Shown here piece after piece: positions 1 to 9,237 of a stretch of DNA of 32,000 nt. Every line of letters starts with the position of its first letter. Position 1 is the stretch's first letter. The position numbers and the translations under genes are program-made. The notes under the pieces are model-generated. The model saw nothing but the letters and a program-made list of their open reading frames with translations, was not told the origin of the DNA and did not search any database. Origin of the DNA: Methylorubrum extorquens (GTDB lineage: Bacteria; Pseudomonadota; Alphaproteobacteria; Rhizobiales; Beijerinckiaceae); contig LT962688.1 of the NCBI GenBank assembly GCA_900234795.1, positions 660,001 to 692,000 on the forward strand, given 5' to 3'.

Positions 1-1
1 G

Positions 2-931
2 GTGGCACTGACCTTCCATGGCCCCTGGGTCGAGACCACGATGTGGGAGGTGCCGGCTCTCGCGATCCTCAACGAGATGCGCTCCCGCGCGGTACTGCGG
101 GGTCTCGGCAAGTTCGAGCTGCAGGTGCTCTACGCCCGCGCCATGACCCGCGTCTGGGAGAAGATCGAGCGCCTGAAGCGCCTGCCCGACCTCTCCATCG
201 CCGATTTCGGCACGCGCCGCCGCCACGGCTTCCTGTGGCAGGACTGGTGCGTACAGGCGATGAACGAGGGCCTGGGCGAACGCGCCTTCCTCGGCACCTC
301 GAACTGCCTCATCGCCATGCGCCGCGAGGTCGAGGCAGTGGGCACCAACGCCCACGAACTGCCGATGGTCTACGCCGCGCTCGCCGGAGACGACGATGAG
401 GCGCTGGCAGCCGCGCCCTACGCGGTGCTCGCCGATTGGCAGCAAGACTATGCCGGCAACCTGCTGGTGGCCTTGCCCGACACCTACGGCACCACCGGCT
501 TCCTCGCCAAGGCGCCGGACTGGCTCACCGCCTGGACCGGCATCCGGATCGATTCGAAGGAGCCGATCGCGGGCGGCGAGGAGGCGCTCGCCTTCTGGGA
601 GTCGCGAGGCTGCGACCCGCGCGAAAAGCTGGCGATCTTCTCCGACGGACTCGACGTTGACGACATCGAGGCGATCCACGCCCATTTCCACGGCCGCATG
701 CGCATCGGCTACGGCTGGGGCACGCGGCTGACCAACGATTTTCGCGGCCTCGTGCCGGAGGGGCGGCTCGATCCGATCTCGGTCGTCTGCAAGGTGACGG
801 AGGCCGAGGGCCGCCCGACGGTGAAGATCTCCGACAATCCGAGCAAGGCACAGGGGCCGGCGGCGGAGGTGGAGCGCTACAAGCGGGTGTTCGGGGTCGA
901 GGAGCAGGCCGCGATGGCGGTGGCGGTGTGA
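2..931 (+). CDS. pncB: Nicotinate phosphoribosyltransferase, C-terminal 309 codons; the 5' end lies upstream of the window
   Basis: The frame is open from the window edge to TGA 929-931. The M at position 2 is only an internal GTG. PncB-type blocks are present: [39 protein letters not shown]. The call rests on recognition, not a search. Confidence 0.85.
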   Translation: MALTFHGPWVETTMWEVPALAILNEMRSRAVLRGLGKFELQVLYARAMTRVWEKIERLKRLPDLSIADFGTRRRHGFLWQDWCVQAMNEGLGERAFLGTSNCLIAMRREVEAVGTNAHELPMVYAALAGDDDEALAAAPYAVLADWQQDYAGNLLVALPDTYGTTGFLAKAPDWLTAWTGIRIDSKEPIAGGEEALAFWESRGCDPREKLAIFSDGLDVDDIEAIHAHFHGRMRIGYGWGTRLTNDFRGLVPEGRLDPISVVCKVTEAEGRPTVKISDNPSKAQGPAAEVERYKRVFGVEEQAAMAVAV

Positions 932-941
932 GAGCAGAAGC

Positions 942-1724
942 ATGAGCGCCGCCCGAATCGATCTCAACGCCGATCTCGGCGAGGGTTTTGGGCCCTGGCG
1001 CATGGGCGACGACGCCGCGCTCCTCGACATCGTCACCTCGGCCAACGTCGCCTGCGGCTTCCATGCGGGCGACCCCGACATCATGGTCGAGACGGTGATT
1101 GCGGCGAGGGCGCGGGGCGTGGCGATCGGCGCCCATCCCGGCTTCCACGATCTGCGCGGCTTCGGCCGAAACCGGATCCAGGAGAGTCCCACAAAAATCG
1201 AGCGCGACATCGCCTATCAGATCGGTGCGCTCCAGGCCTGCGCCGCCCTGGCCGGCGCCCGCGTCACCCACGTCAAGGCGCACGGGGCGCTCGCCAACCT
1301 CTCGAACGAGGATGCGGCGATTGCCGAAGCGCTGGCCCGTGCCGTGGCCGGTGTCGATCCCGATCTCGCCCTGGTCGTGATGCCGGGGCTTCCCGCCGAG
1401 CGGGCCGGCGAGCGCTTCGGCCTGCGCCTCGTGCGGGAAATCTACGCCGACCGCGCCTATGCCGAGGACGGCACGCTCGCCCCCCGCGCCTCGCCCGGTG
1501 CGGTGATCCACGATGCGGGCGAGGCCGCCGCGCGCGTCGCTCGCATGGTCGGGGAGGGCGCCGTGTTCACGCTCGGCGGGCGGCGCGTTCCGGTCGCGAT
1601 CGACACGGTCTGCGTCCACGGCGACAACCCGGAGGCGCTCGCCATGGCACGGGCGGTACGGGCCGAGCTTGAGCGGGCGGGCTTTAGCCTGCGCCCCTTC
1701 GCCGAACCCTCTGCGACGTCCTGA
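942..1724 (+). CDS. pxpA: LamB/YcsF family protein (5-oxoprolinase subunit A)
   Basis: ATG 942 lies 10 nt after the pncB stop. The N-terminus IDLNADLGEGFGPW...ANVACGFHAGDP is the LamB/YcsF signature. Length is 260 aa. Confidence 0.85.
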   Translation: MSAARIDLNADLGEGFGPWRMGDDAALLDIVTSANVACGFHAGDPDIMVETVIAARARGVAIGAHPGFHDLRGFGRNRIQESPTKIERDIAYQIGALQACAALAGARVTHVKAHGALANLSNEDAAIAEALARAVAGVDPDLALVVMPGLPAERAGERFGLRLVREIYADRAYAEDGTLAPRASPGAVIHDAGEAAARVARMVGEGAVFTLGGRRVPVAIDTVCVHGDNPEALAMARAVRAELERAGFSLRPFAEPSATS

Positions 1725-1953
1725 GGGACGAATCCGTTACGGCGACGTTTCAGGGATCGAATTCAGCCCGCTCACGGTTTCTTGAGCTCAGGTGCCTCCG
1801 GGCGCTGGCCCGTGCGCTGGCCCGTGTCGACGATCGCCCGGATCGTCGTGCGGAGCTCGTGCGGACCCTTGTGAGCGAGACCGAGGCCCGCATCGCGACG
1901 CGATCCGTCGGGCCTTCGGATGAAGCGTGGCGTGAGAGGAAGCCCGGCCTGAC

Positions 1954-3993
1954 ATGAAGCGTATATCCACCGGTGAGGGCTTCATCGTGCCGCCGCGCCC
2001 GGCGCGTGTTTCCGCGGCCGAGACGCCGAAAGGTCCGCTCGCCTCCTCCCTCGTCGTGTTTGCCATCATCGTCGCGGGCCTCTTCTTCGCGCGCGAGGTG
2101 CTGATCCCCATCGCGATCGCGGTGCTGCTGTCCTTCGTGCTCGGCCCGCTGGTGAACTTCCTGCGCCGGCTGAAGCTGGGGCGGGCCTTCGCGGTGCTGG
2201 TCTCGGTGCTGCTCGCCGCCGGGATCATCGCTGCGGTGACCACCGTCATCGGCGTGCAGGTCGCCGAACTCGCGCAGGACGTGCCGCGCTACCAGCGCAC
2301 CGTCGAGCGCAAGATCGAGGGGCTGCGGGCCGGCACGCTCGGCCAGACGATGGACTACATCGCCAACATCAACCGGGCGATCCACCAGAGCGGCGAGGAG
2401 AGCAAGGAATCGGCCGAGAAGGCCAAGCAGCAGGCCGCCCGCGACAGTAACCGCAAGGCCGAGCCGGAGCCGCCGAAGCCGCTGCTGGTCCAGGTGGAGG
2501 AGCGCCGCCCGGGCCCGCTCGAACTCGCCACCACCGTGCTGGCGCCGGTGGCGCAGCCGCTTGCCACCGCCGGCATCGTCTTCGTCGTGCTCCTGTTCAT
2601 CCTGATGCAGCGGGAGGATCTGCGCGACCGCCTGATCCGGCTCGCCGGTTCGAGCGACCTCCACCGCACGACCGTGGCGATGGACGACGCGGCCCGGCGG
2701 CTCTCGCGCTACTTCCTGGGCCAGCTCGCCCTCAACTCCGCCTTCGGCGTCGTCATCGGCGTCGGGCTCTGGATCATCGGCGTGCCGAGCCCCGTGCTGT
2801 GGGGCATCTTCGCCCTCGTTATGCGCTTCGTGCCCTATATCGGCGCCTTCCTCTCGGCGGTCCTGCCGATCGCGCTCGCGGCGGCGGTCGATCCGGGCTG
2901 GAGCATGGTGCTGTCCACCTTCCTGCTCTTTGCCCTCGTCGAGCCCATCGTCGGGCAGATCATCGAGCCGCTGGTCTACGGACACTCGACGGGCGTCTCG
3001 CCGTTCTCGGTGCTGGTCTCGGCCCTGTTCTGGACCTGGCTCTGGGGACCGGTGGGCCTCCTGCTCTCGACGCCGCTCACCGTCTGCCTCGTCGTGCTCG
3101 GGCGCCACGTCGATCGGCTCGAATTCCTCGACGTGCTGTTCAGCAACCGCCCGGCGCTGACGCCGATCGAAAACTTCTACCAGCGCATGCTCGCCGACGA
3201 CCCGGAGGAGGCGCAGGAACATGCCGACCTGATCCTGCGCGAATGCTCGCTCTCGGCCTATTACGACGACGTCGTGCTGAAGGGTCTCGAACTCGCCTCC
3301 CGCGACGCCGCCCGCGGCGTGCTGACGCCGAGCCAGAAGGACGAGATCCGCGCCTCGATCACGGCTTTGGTGGAGGATCTGGAGGACCGCGAGGATGCCG
3401 TGCCCGATCCGGCCTCCAAACCCACCCGCCTCTTCGACGGGGCAGGCGCCGCTGGCGACGGGGAGAGCGCCTGCAAGAACGGGCCGATCGCCGACCCCGA
3501 CCCTGACGAGTTGCCTGCCGCGTGGCAGGCCGACGGTGCGGTGCTTCTCGTCTCCGGCCGCGGCTTCCTCGACGGGGCGGCGACCGCCATCGCCGACCAG
3601 CTCCTGCGCAAGCGCGGCTTCGGCACCCGGCAGGTGCCCTTCGCCGAGGTCGCCCGGGTGCGCATCGCCGAATGGCAGCCGGGTCCGGCTCAAGCGGTCT
3701 GCGTGATCTCGCTGGCGCTGTCCGGCGAGCCGACCCATCTGCGCCGCCTCGTCTCGCGGCTGCGCCAGAAGATCGACACGGTGCCGATCGTCGCCGGGCT
3801 GTGGCGCCTCGACGAGCCGATGCTCGCCGACGACGCGGTGCTGGCCAAGATCGGCGCGGACGACCACGTCACCTCCCTGCGCGACCTGATCGAGACGATC
3901 CTCGCCCTTGCCCGCAACGAGGGCGGCCCGGACCGGTCCGAGCGGAGCGATGCGGCCACGCCCCCGCGGCAGGCCCTGCCCGAGCCGGCTTGA
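1954..3993 (+). CDS. AI-2E (PerM/UPF0118) family transporter with a ~290-aa C-terminal cytoplasmic extension
   Basis: 679-aa ORF starting at ATG 1954. Multiple hydrophobic helices are visible (LVVFAIIVAGLFFAREVLIPIAIAVLLSFVLGP, GVVIGVGLWIIGVPSPVLWGIFALVMRFVPYIGAF, EPLVYGHSTGVSPFSVLVSALFWTWLWGPVGLLLSTPLTV), typical of AI-2E proteins. From about aa 390 the sequence is soluble-looking. Confidence 0.8.
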   Translation: MKRISTGEGFIVPPRPARVSAAETPKGPLASSLVVFAIIVAGLFFAREVLIPIAIAVLLSFVLGPLVNFLRRLKLGRAFAVLVSVLLAAGIIAAVTTVIGVQVAELAQDVPRYQRTVERKIEGLRAGTLGQTMDYIANINRAIHQSGEESKESAEKAKQQAARDSNRKAEPEPPKPLLVQVEERRPGPLELATTVLAPVAQPLATAGIVFVVLLFILMQREDLRDRLIRLAGSSDLHRTTVAMDDAARRLSRYFLGQLALNSAFGVVIGVGLWIIGVPSPVLWGIFALVMRFVPYIGAFLSAVLPIALAAAVDPGWSMVLSTFLLFALVEPIVGQIIEPLVYGHSTGVSPFSVLVSALFWTWLWGPVGLLLSTPLTVCLVVLGRHVDRLEFLDVLFSNRPALTPIENFYQRMLADDPEEAQEHADLILRECSLSAYYDDVVLKGLELASRDAARGVLTPSQKDEIRASITALVEDLEDREDAVPDPASKPTRLFDGAGAAGDGESACKNGPIADPDPDELPAAWQADGAVLLVSGRGFLDGAATAIADQLLRKRGFGTRQVPFAEVARVRIAEWQPGPAQAVCVISLALSGEPTHLRRLVSRLRQKIDTVPIVAGLWRLDEPMLADDAVLAKIGADDHVTSLRDLIETILALARNEGGPDRSERSDAATPPRQALPEPA

Positions 3994-4048
3994 CGAGACG
4001 GCTTGAGGGCGGCTTCGTCTCAGCCCGTCAATGGGAGGCTGCCCCTCG

Positions 4049-4840
4049 ATGAGCGTCGTCGATCTCGCCCAGTTCATGGAAGACCTCGCCACCCAGTCCG
4101 GAGCGGCGATCCTGCCGTTCTTCCGGGCGCATTTCGGACTGGACGACAAGTCCCACGGGACCGGCCACGCCTTCGACCCGGTCACCGAGGCGGACCGCGC
4201 GGCGGAAGCGGTGATGCGGCGGATGATCAACGACCGGCTGCCGAACCACGGCATCCTCGGCGAGGAATTCGGCTCCGAGCGGGCGGATGCGGAATGCGTC
4301 TGGGTGCTCGACCCGATCGACGGCACCCGCGCCTTCATCAGCGGCCTGCCGACCTGGGGCACGCTGATCGGGCTGACCCATCACGGCGCGGCGGTGCGCG
4401 GCCTGATGCACCAGCCCTATCTCGGCGAGCGCTTCCTCGGCGACGGTAAGACGGCGAGCGTACGCTCCGCGAAGGGCGAGCGCCCCCTCCACACCCGCCG
4501 CAACGAGGCGCTCGGCAACGCCATCCTCGCCACCACCGACCCGCGCCTGTTCACGGAAGGGGAGGAGGCCGAGCGATTCCGGACGATCGAGGGGAAGGTG
4601 AAGATGTCCCGCTACGGCACCGACTGCTACGCCTATTGCATGCTCGCCGCCGGCCAGATCGACCTCGTGGTCGAGGCGGGGCTGAAGCCCTACGACATCG
4701 TCGCGCTGATCCCCATCGTCGAGGGCGCGGGCGGCGTCGTCACGAGCTGGGACGGCGGCCCGGCCACCGGCGGCGGCCGGATCGTGGCGGCGGGCGACCG
4801 CCGGCTGCACGACGCCGCGCTGAAAGTGCTCAACCCGTAG
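4049..4840 (+). CDS. Inositol-monophosphatase family protein, probably histidinol-phosphatase (HisN type)
   Basis: IMPase motifs are present: ILGEEFG, WVLDPIDGTRAF, and the C-terminal block YDIVALIPIVEGAGGVVT. I prefer ATG 4049 (MSVVDLAQFMEDLA...) over ATG 4031 because GGGAGG at 4033-4038 lies upstream of it and HisN-like proteins start this way. The start is uncertain by 6 codons. Confidence 0.75.
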   Translation: MSVVDLAQFMEDLATQSGAAILPFFRAHFGLDDKSHGTGHAFDPVTEADRAAEAVMRRMINDRLPNHGILGEEFGSERADAECVWVLDPIDGTRAFISGLPTWGTLIGLTHHGAAVRGLMHQPYLGERFLGDGKTASVRSAKGERPLHTRRNEALGNAILATTDPRLFTEGEEAERFRTIEGKVKMSRYGTDCYAYCMLAAGQIDLVVEAGLKPYDIVALIPIVEGAGGVVTSWDGGPATGGGRIVAAGDRRLHDAALKVLNP

Positions 4841-5006
4841 GGCCCCGCCCCGGAGGGAAGGACGCCGGGTTATCATCGCACGACGCAGACCAGCCGCCCC
4901 GATCGCGACGGCGAACGGGAACGGCTCGCATTTGTCCTTGTCATGATCCTTGTCATGCCCGCCCATCGCCGAGGACGTCGGTCTGCCCCGGCGATGGGCG
5001 ACCGGC

Positions 5007-7352
5007 TCAGGCGAAGATCAGATCCTTCACCTGTCCGGCCAGCGCGGTATCCCACGACCAGTTGGACTGGCCGACCAGATCGCTGGTGCGCAGCACATCC
5101 AGCGGAACCGCGCCCTGGCCCTCGGCCACGAGCTTGTCGTTCTTGATCAGGCGCATGTAGCCGGCCTCGTCCACGCTGGCCTGCCACTTCGCCATCTCAC
5201 CCTCGACGATGGTGTCCGCCGCCGTGATCCGGTGCTTCGTGGCGCCCGTGAGGATCTCGAAGGCCATGTCGTCACCGTTGCCGACCTGACCGAGCCAGAT
5301 GTTGTTGCTGTCCCGCCCGTTGCCGGTATCGAACACGCGCTGATAGTTTCCGTGGGCGAGATCGTCGAAGCGGACTTCGGCGAACATCTTGAAGGCGCCG
5401 TCGATCTCCGGGATGCCCTTGAACGGCGTGATCGTCAGGTCGCTCACCTCGCCGACGAGCGGCTTGTCCCACGTCCAGTTGGACTTGCCGACGAACTCGT
5501 TGGTCCGCGCGACGTCCTTCGGGACGATGCCCTGTCCCTCGGCCAGGAGTACGCCGTCCTTGAACAGGCGCATCCAACCGGTCTCGTTGACGCTGGTCGT
5601 CCAGGTGGCTTCCTGGCCTTCGACGATCGCGCCCTTGGCCACGATGTTGGCGGAGTTGGTGCCGTTCAGGATCATGAACTGCATGTCGCTGGAGGTGCCG
5701 ATCTGGCCGAGAAAGACGTTCTCGGCGCCGGCACCGTTGCCGATGTCGTAGACGCGCTGCCACGCACCGGCATCGAGATCATCGAACCGAACCGTCGCAC
5801 TGGCGGTGAAGGCGCCGTGGATGTCGGGCAGGTCGTCCTTGAAGGTCAGGTCGTAGATGCCCCCCTTCAGCGCAGCGTCCTGCGCCCAGTTGGATTGGCC
5901 CACAAGATCCTTCGCGCGCGTCAGGTCGCGGGGCACCACCCCCTGACCCTCGGCGACGAGCACGCCGTCCTTGTACAGCGACATCCATCCGCGCTCGTCG
6001 ACACCGGCGGTCCAGCCCGCCTCGACGCCCTGGATAATGCCGTCCCGGGCGGTGATGCTATGCTTGATCGCGCCGTCGAGGATCTCGAAGGCCATGTCCC
6101 GTCCGTTGCCGACCTGACCGAGCCAGATGTTGTCGCTGTCCGGACCGTTGCCGGTATCGAAGACGCGCTGGAAATGGCCGCCGGCAAGGTCGTCGAACCG
6201 CACCCGCGCGGTGACGCTGAACGCGCCGTCGATCTCGGGGATGTCGGGGCGATAGGCCTCGTCCGCGGCGGCGTTCAGGGCCATCTCGTAGGGCGCCTTG
6301 CCGGCCTGTACGGGCCCGAAGCGCTGTTGCAGATGGGCGAGGAGGCCCGACATGCCGAGCACGGTGTCGTCGAAGTTCAGCGTCTCGATCGAGGTCAGCG
6401 TGTCGATGCTGCCGGAGCCGAGGTGCTTGATGGCGAGTGAACCGGCGGCACCGTAGAGCGCGACGTAGTCCTGGCTCCGGCCCGTCAACACGGCCCTGTC
6501 GATGCCCTCGCCCCCATCCAGCGTGTCGCCCCCGTTCCCGCCGATGAGCGTGTCGTCGCCCGCACCCCCGTCCAGCGCGTCGTTCCCGTCCGCGCCGATG
6601 AGCGTGTCGTTGCCCGCGCCGCCGAAGAGCTTGTCGTCGCCCCAGCCGCCGTCGATCCAGTCGTCACCGCCATAGGCGAAGAAGGTGTCGGCCCGGTTGC
6701 CGAGCCACATCTTGTCGGCCCGCTCGGTCGAGATCGGCATCCCCTTGTCCTGAAGCATCGCCAGGTCGAGGTCCGAGATGTAGGACCGCTGGCCCCAGCC
6801 GAGATAGGGATCCATGAGATCCTCGGATCCCCACACGTGCGCCCGGGCCCCATCGAGTACGACCGGGCCGCCGAGAACCGTCCGCGTGTTCTCACCATTG
6901 AAGAGGAGCAGCCCGTTGGCTCCGACCGTGGCAGGGAATTCGAGGAAGCCCAGCCCGTGGCCGATCTCGTGCTGGAAAATGGTGAAGGCGTCGAACCTGT
7001 TGCCGGGCGCGGCCGCAACACCTGTCGGATCGTAGAACCAATCGCGGAACGTATGCTCGCCGAGCGTGAGGTTGGCGTCCTGCACGCCGCCGTTCGGGTC
7101 ATACCCCTCGCGGGCCTTTAGGATGGGGGTGTTTTCCCACCATCTCCCGTTCCAGGTCCATTGCGGGCCGCCGTTGGCGAGGGCGCCGCCGACATTTCCG
7201 ATCCCGATCGCGATATCGAACGTGCTTTCGACTTGGATGTACTTACCCCAAGCGTCGGCAGCCGCCTGTGCCGTCGCGAGGATCAGACCAGCCTGCCACC
7301 CGGCCAACCCCATCGAGTATTCATTGGCCCAGGTGACCGAGATTTTCGCCAT
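5007..7352 (-). CDS. Large RTX (hemolysin-type Ca-binding) protein: metzincin-like N-terminal domain, six nonapeptide repeats and three tandem jelly-roll (LamG/ConA-like) repeats; probable type I secretion substrate
   Basis: ORF 5007..7463. I place the start at ATG 7352 (MAKISVTW) because GGAGGA lies 7 nt upstream (complement of 7360-7365). There is no N-terminal signal peptide. [13 protein letters not shown] occupies 6939-6971 and a Met-turn-like SEDLMDPY follows. The GGxGxDxUx repeats and the three ~137-aa repeats are listed as separate features. Confidence 0.85.
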   Translation of the reverse strand: MAKISVTWANEYSMGLAGWQAGLILATAQAAADAWGKYIQVESTFDIAIGIGNVGGALANGGPQWTWNGRWWENTPILKAREGYDPNGGVQDANLTLGEHTFRDWFYDPTGVAAAPGNRFDAFTIFQHEIGHGLGFLEFPATVGANGLLLFNGENTRTVLGGPVVLDGARAHVWGSEDLMDPYLGWGQRSYISDLDLAMLQDKGMPISTERADKMWLGNRADTFFAYGGDDWIDGGWGDDKLFGGAGNDTLIGADGNDALDGGAGDDTLIGGNGGDTLDGGEGIDRAVLTGRSQDYVALYGAAGSLAIKHLGSGSIDTLTSIETLNFDDTVLGMSGLLAHLQQRFGPVQAGKAPYEMALNAAADEAYRPDIPEIDGAFSVTARVRFDDLAGGHFQRVFDTGNGPDSDNIWLGQVGNGRDMAFEILDGAIKHSITARDGIIQGVEAGWTAGVDERGWMSLYKDGVLVAEGQGVVPRDLTRAKDLVGQSNWAQDAALKGGIYDLTFKDDLPDIHGAFTASATVRFDDLDAGAWQRVYDIGNGAGAENVFLGQIGTSSDMQFMILNGTNSANIVAKGAIVEGQEATWTTSVNETGWMRLFKDGVLLAEGQGIVPKDVARTNEFVGKSNWTWDKPLVGEVSDLTITPFKGIPEIDGAFKMFAEVRFDDLAHGNYQRVFDTGNGRDSNNIWLGQVGNGDDMAFEILTGATKHRITAADTIVEGEMAKWQASVDEAGYMRLIKNDKLVAEGQGAVPLDVLRTSDLVGQSNWSWDTALAGQVKDLIFA
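5010..6242 (-). repeat. Three tandem in-frame protein-domain repeats (137, 139 and 135 aa) at the C-terminus of the RTX protein
   Basis: The units begin [66 protein letters not shown] and [33 protein letters not shown]. Each ends with a ...GQSNW..D....G...DL block. Units 1 and 3 are clearly closer to each other than either is to unit 2. Boundaries are 6242-5832, 5831-5415 and 5414-5010. Confidence 0.85.
6489..6671 (-). repeat. RTX nonapeptide block (six GGxGxDxUx units plus a partial leading unit)
   Basis: Translation reads [61 protein letters not shown]. Confidence 0.9.
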
Positions 7353-8059
7353 ATTTTCATCCTCCGAGCCATCCGCGCTGCTTCCGGATCGCTTCGCTGT
7401 TCCGCCGCCATCGGGCAACTCTAAGTCGGCCTGTGACAGGCCGATTCCCAGGTTGACCAACAAGAGGCTGGATGAATCGCAATCTAGTATGAAGATGCTC
7501 CTAAGCGATTGACCTACAAATTCGGATTTTAACTGAATTAACCGCCTATCATCACACGAGAAATCACGTAGATCCCAAACTTATATTCGAATAAACTGAT
7601 AGTTTGACGGCAATATGGAACAGGTTTCGCTTCGACAGGCTGCGGACCTGAGGCATGCAAGGAGCGAAACAGAAAATCCGAAATCGAACCAGCCGTCGGG
7701 CATTACTATGGGGTGCAGGGCCGACGCAGTCCGGACATCGAACGCGCCGAGAGGGCGGGCGGCAGATTCCGATCGAGAACGCTTCAGACCTGCGAATCCG
7801 CCGTGACCGGATCGCGTCCCGGCGAACCCGATGACGAGGTCTCCACCCGCGCGGCGCGACCGACGGCCCTGTCGGGTGATCCGGTTTCCGCTGGATCGAA
7901 GCGGAAACCGATCCACAAGCCCGCGCGGTGCTCCGGGAAAACACGTTTAACGCCAGCGAAGTGCGAACCAGCCTGCATCCGCGCAGGTTGCGACCACGCC
8001 GTCGGACGTGGCCAGCCGCCAACGCCGCGGGCGGACGGCGCCCGCGAAGCCCGATCCGC

Positions 8060-9052
8060 TCAGCCGGCGATGGTGGCGTGAGGAGCGGTTTCACCGACGG
8101 CCGAATGGACGAGATGGCCGGGAATGAACGCGTCGAAGGCCGCCCAGAAATCGGCGCGGACCGCGTCGCATTCGGTCAGGATCTCGTGGCGGGCGCCCGG
8201 CAGCACGATCAGGTGCCCGGTCTTGAGCCGGGCGGCGAAGCGCTCGACCGCCGGCGTGCTGCAGACCGGGTCGGCGCCCGCCGCGACGATCAGGCAGGGC
8301 GTGCGGATCCGCCGGATCAGCGCCGGGTCCGCCAGCCGGCGCATCGCCCGGAAGGCGGCGGCGAGCCAGGCGATGGTCGGATCGCCGACCGCACCGGCTC
8401 CGACCGCGCGGGCGGCCTCGGCGTTGCGAGCGTAGCGCACCGGATCGGTCGAGAGGCGGTTGCCGGCGAACGGCTTCGTGGCGATCGAGACGGCCGTGCC
8501 GAAAGGGATGTAGCAACGCCCGAGCCCGAGCCGCTGCAGGCCCCGCGCCAGCAGCGAGGCGCCCGCCGGCCAGCGCACCATGCGGATCGCCAGCATCGGG
8601 GCGACGGTGACGAGCCGCCGGAACGGCAGCCGGCCCTCCGCCGCGAGTGTCAGCGCCACAGCCCCGCCCATGGAATGGGCGAGCCCGAAATGCGGCTCGG
8701 GCATCATCGGCACGAGCACGGTCTCGGTGATCGCCTTCAGGTCGAGACGGTAATCATCGAAGTGACGGACATGGCCCTTGTGGGCGTCGCGGACCTGACG
8801 GCCGGAATCGCCCTGGCCGCGCCAATCGAAGGCGACCACGCAGAAGCCGCGGGCGCGCAGGTCGCTGATCGTCTCGAAATACTTCTCGATGAACTCGGCC
8901 CGGCCCTGAAGCAGGCAGACCGTGCCCTTCACGCCCCGCGTCGTCGGCTGCCACGTCGCGGCCCGCAAGGAGACGCCGTCGGCGGTCTCGACCGGCACGA
9001 GGCGGGCGCCGGGCGGCACCGGATTACCGGGGGTGGGACGCAGGGTCAGCAC
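8060..9052 (-). CDS. Alpha/beta hydrolase (lysophospholipase / monoacylglycerol-lipase-like)
   Basis: 330-aa ORF with GTG start at 9052. Nucleophile elbow is GLAHSMGGAVAL. The N-terminal block VCLLQGRAEFIEKYFETISDLRARGFCVVAFDWRGQGDS is typical of the lysophospholipase-type subgroup. A late ARH (His) sits in LPGARHEIL. Confidence 0.8.
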   Translation of the reverse strand: MLTLRPTPGNPVPPGARLVPVETADGVSLRAATWQPTTRGVKGTVCLLQGRAEFIEKYFETISDLRARGFCVVAFDWRGQGDSGRQVRDAHKGHVRHFDDYRLDLKAITETVLVPMMPEPHFGLAHSMGGAVALTLAAEGRLPFRRLVTVAPMLAIRMVRWPAGASLLARGLQRLGLGRCYIPFGTAVSIATKPFAGNRLSTDPVRYARNAEAARAVGAGAVGDPTIAWLAAAFRAMRRLADPALIRRIRTPCLIVAAGADPVCSTPAVERFAARLKTGHLIVLPGARHEILTECDAVRADFWAAFDAFIPGHLVHSAVGETAPHATIAG

Positions 9053-9112
9053 GATGGGCGCGCCTCGGAAAAATTTTTGCTCAAGCTCACGCGAAATCCC
9101 CGCAAACAGACC

Positions 9113-9141
9113 CTTGCACGGTTTTTCGGGCCCACCAATAT
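9113..9141 (+). promoter_or_regulatory. Candidate RpoH (sigma-32)-type heat-shock promoter for the sHSP gene
   Basis: CTTG (9113-9116), an 18-nt spacer, then CCAATAT (9135-9141), compared with the alphaproteobacterial RpoH consensus CTTG-N17/18-CYTATNT as I recall it (6 of 7 in the -10 element). This is a pattern match only. Confidence 0.35.
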
Positions 9142-9207
9142 CATCGATGCGCCGGCCGAGACGGCGGCGCGACGGTCCGGCCCACGGGCGGACCCGAATA
9201 CATCGAG

Positions 9208-9237
9208 CATGTTGCTTCTTCTGGAGGATATGTGATG
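9208..9237 (+). promoter_or_regulatory. ROSE-like RNA thermometer hairpin sequestering the Shine-Dalgarno of the sHSP gene
   Basis: 5'-CAUGUUGCUUC/UUCU/GGAGGAUAUG-3' (9208-9232) folds into 10 pairs with a single bulged G (9214) opposite the SD GGAGGA (9223-9228). The anti-SD is the ROSE-typical UUGCU. The AUG follows at 9235. Confidence 0.55.

Noticed and set aside
1802-1825. Tandem 12-bp duplication GCGCTGGCCCGT x2 in the pxpA / AI-2E intergenic region
   Set aside because: There are only two copies, with no associated structure or ORF. It is probably a trivial slippage duplication.
1750-4362. 870-aa minus-strand ORF, the longest in this part of the track
   Set aside because: It lies antisense to the AI-2E transporter and IMPase genes. 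The translation is R/G/D/H/A-rich with no motifs, whereas the + strand products have clear family signatures. It is a classic high-GC shadow ORF.
4950-6440. 496-aa plus-strand ORF
   Set aside because: It lies antisense to the RTX/jelly-roll repeat gene. Its apparent internal repetition only mirrors the real repeats on the other strand.
7615-8081. Small + strand ORFs (63 and 122 aa) inside the 700-bp gap
   Set aside because: They have no SD, poor composition and no motifs. I cannot support them as genes, and the gap is reported as a finding instead.
7928-9235. 435-aa plus-strand ORF, together with 9046..10113 on the minus strand
   Set aside because: These are shadows of the alpha/beta hydrolase and of the sHSP gene respectively. 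For 9046..10113, only the first 32 codons (signal peptide, from 10077) are meaningful.
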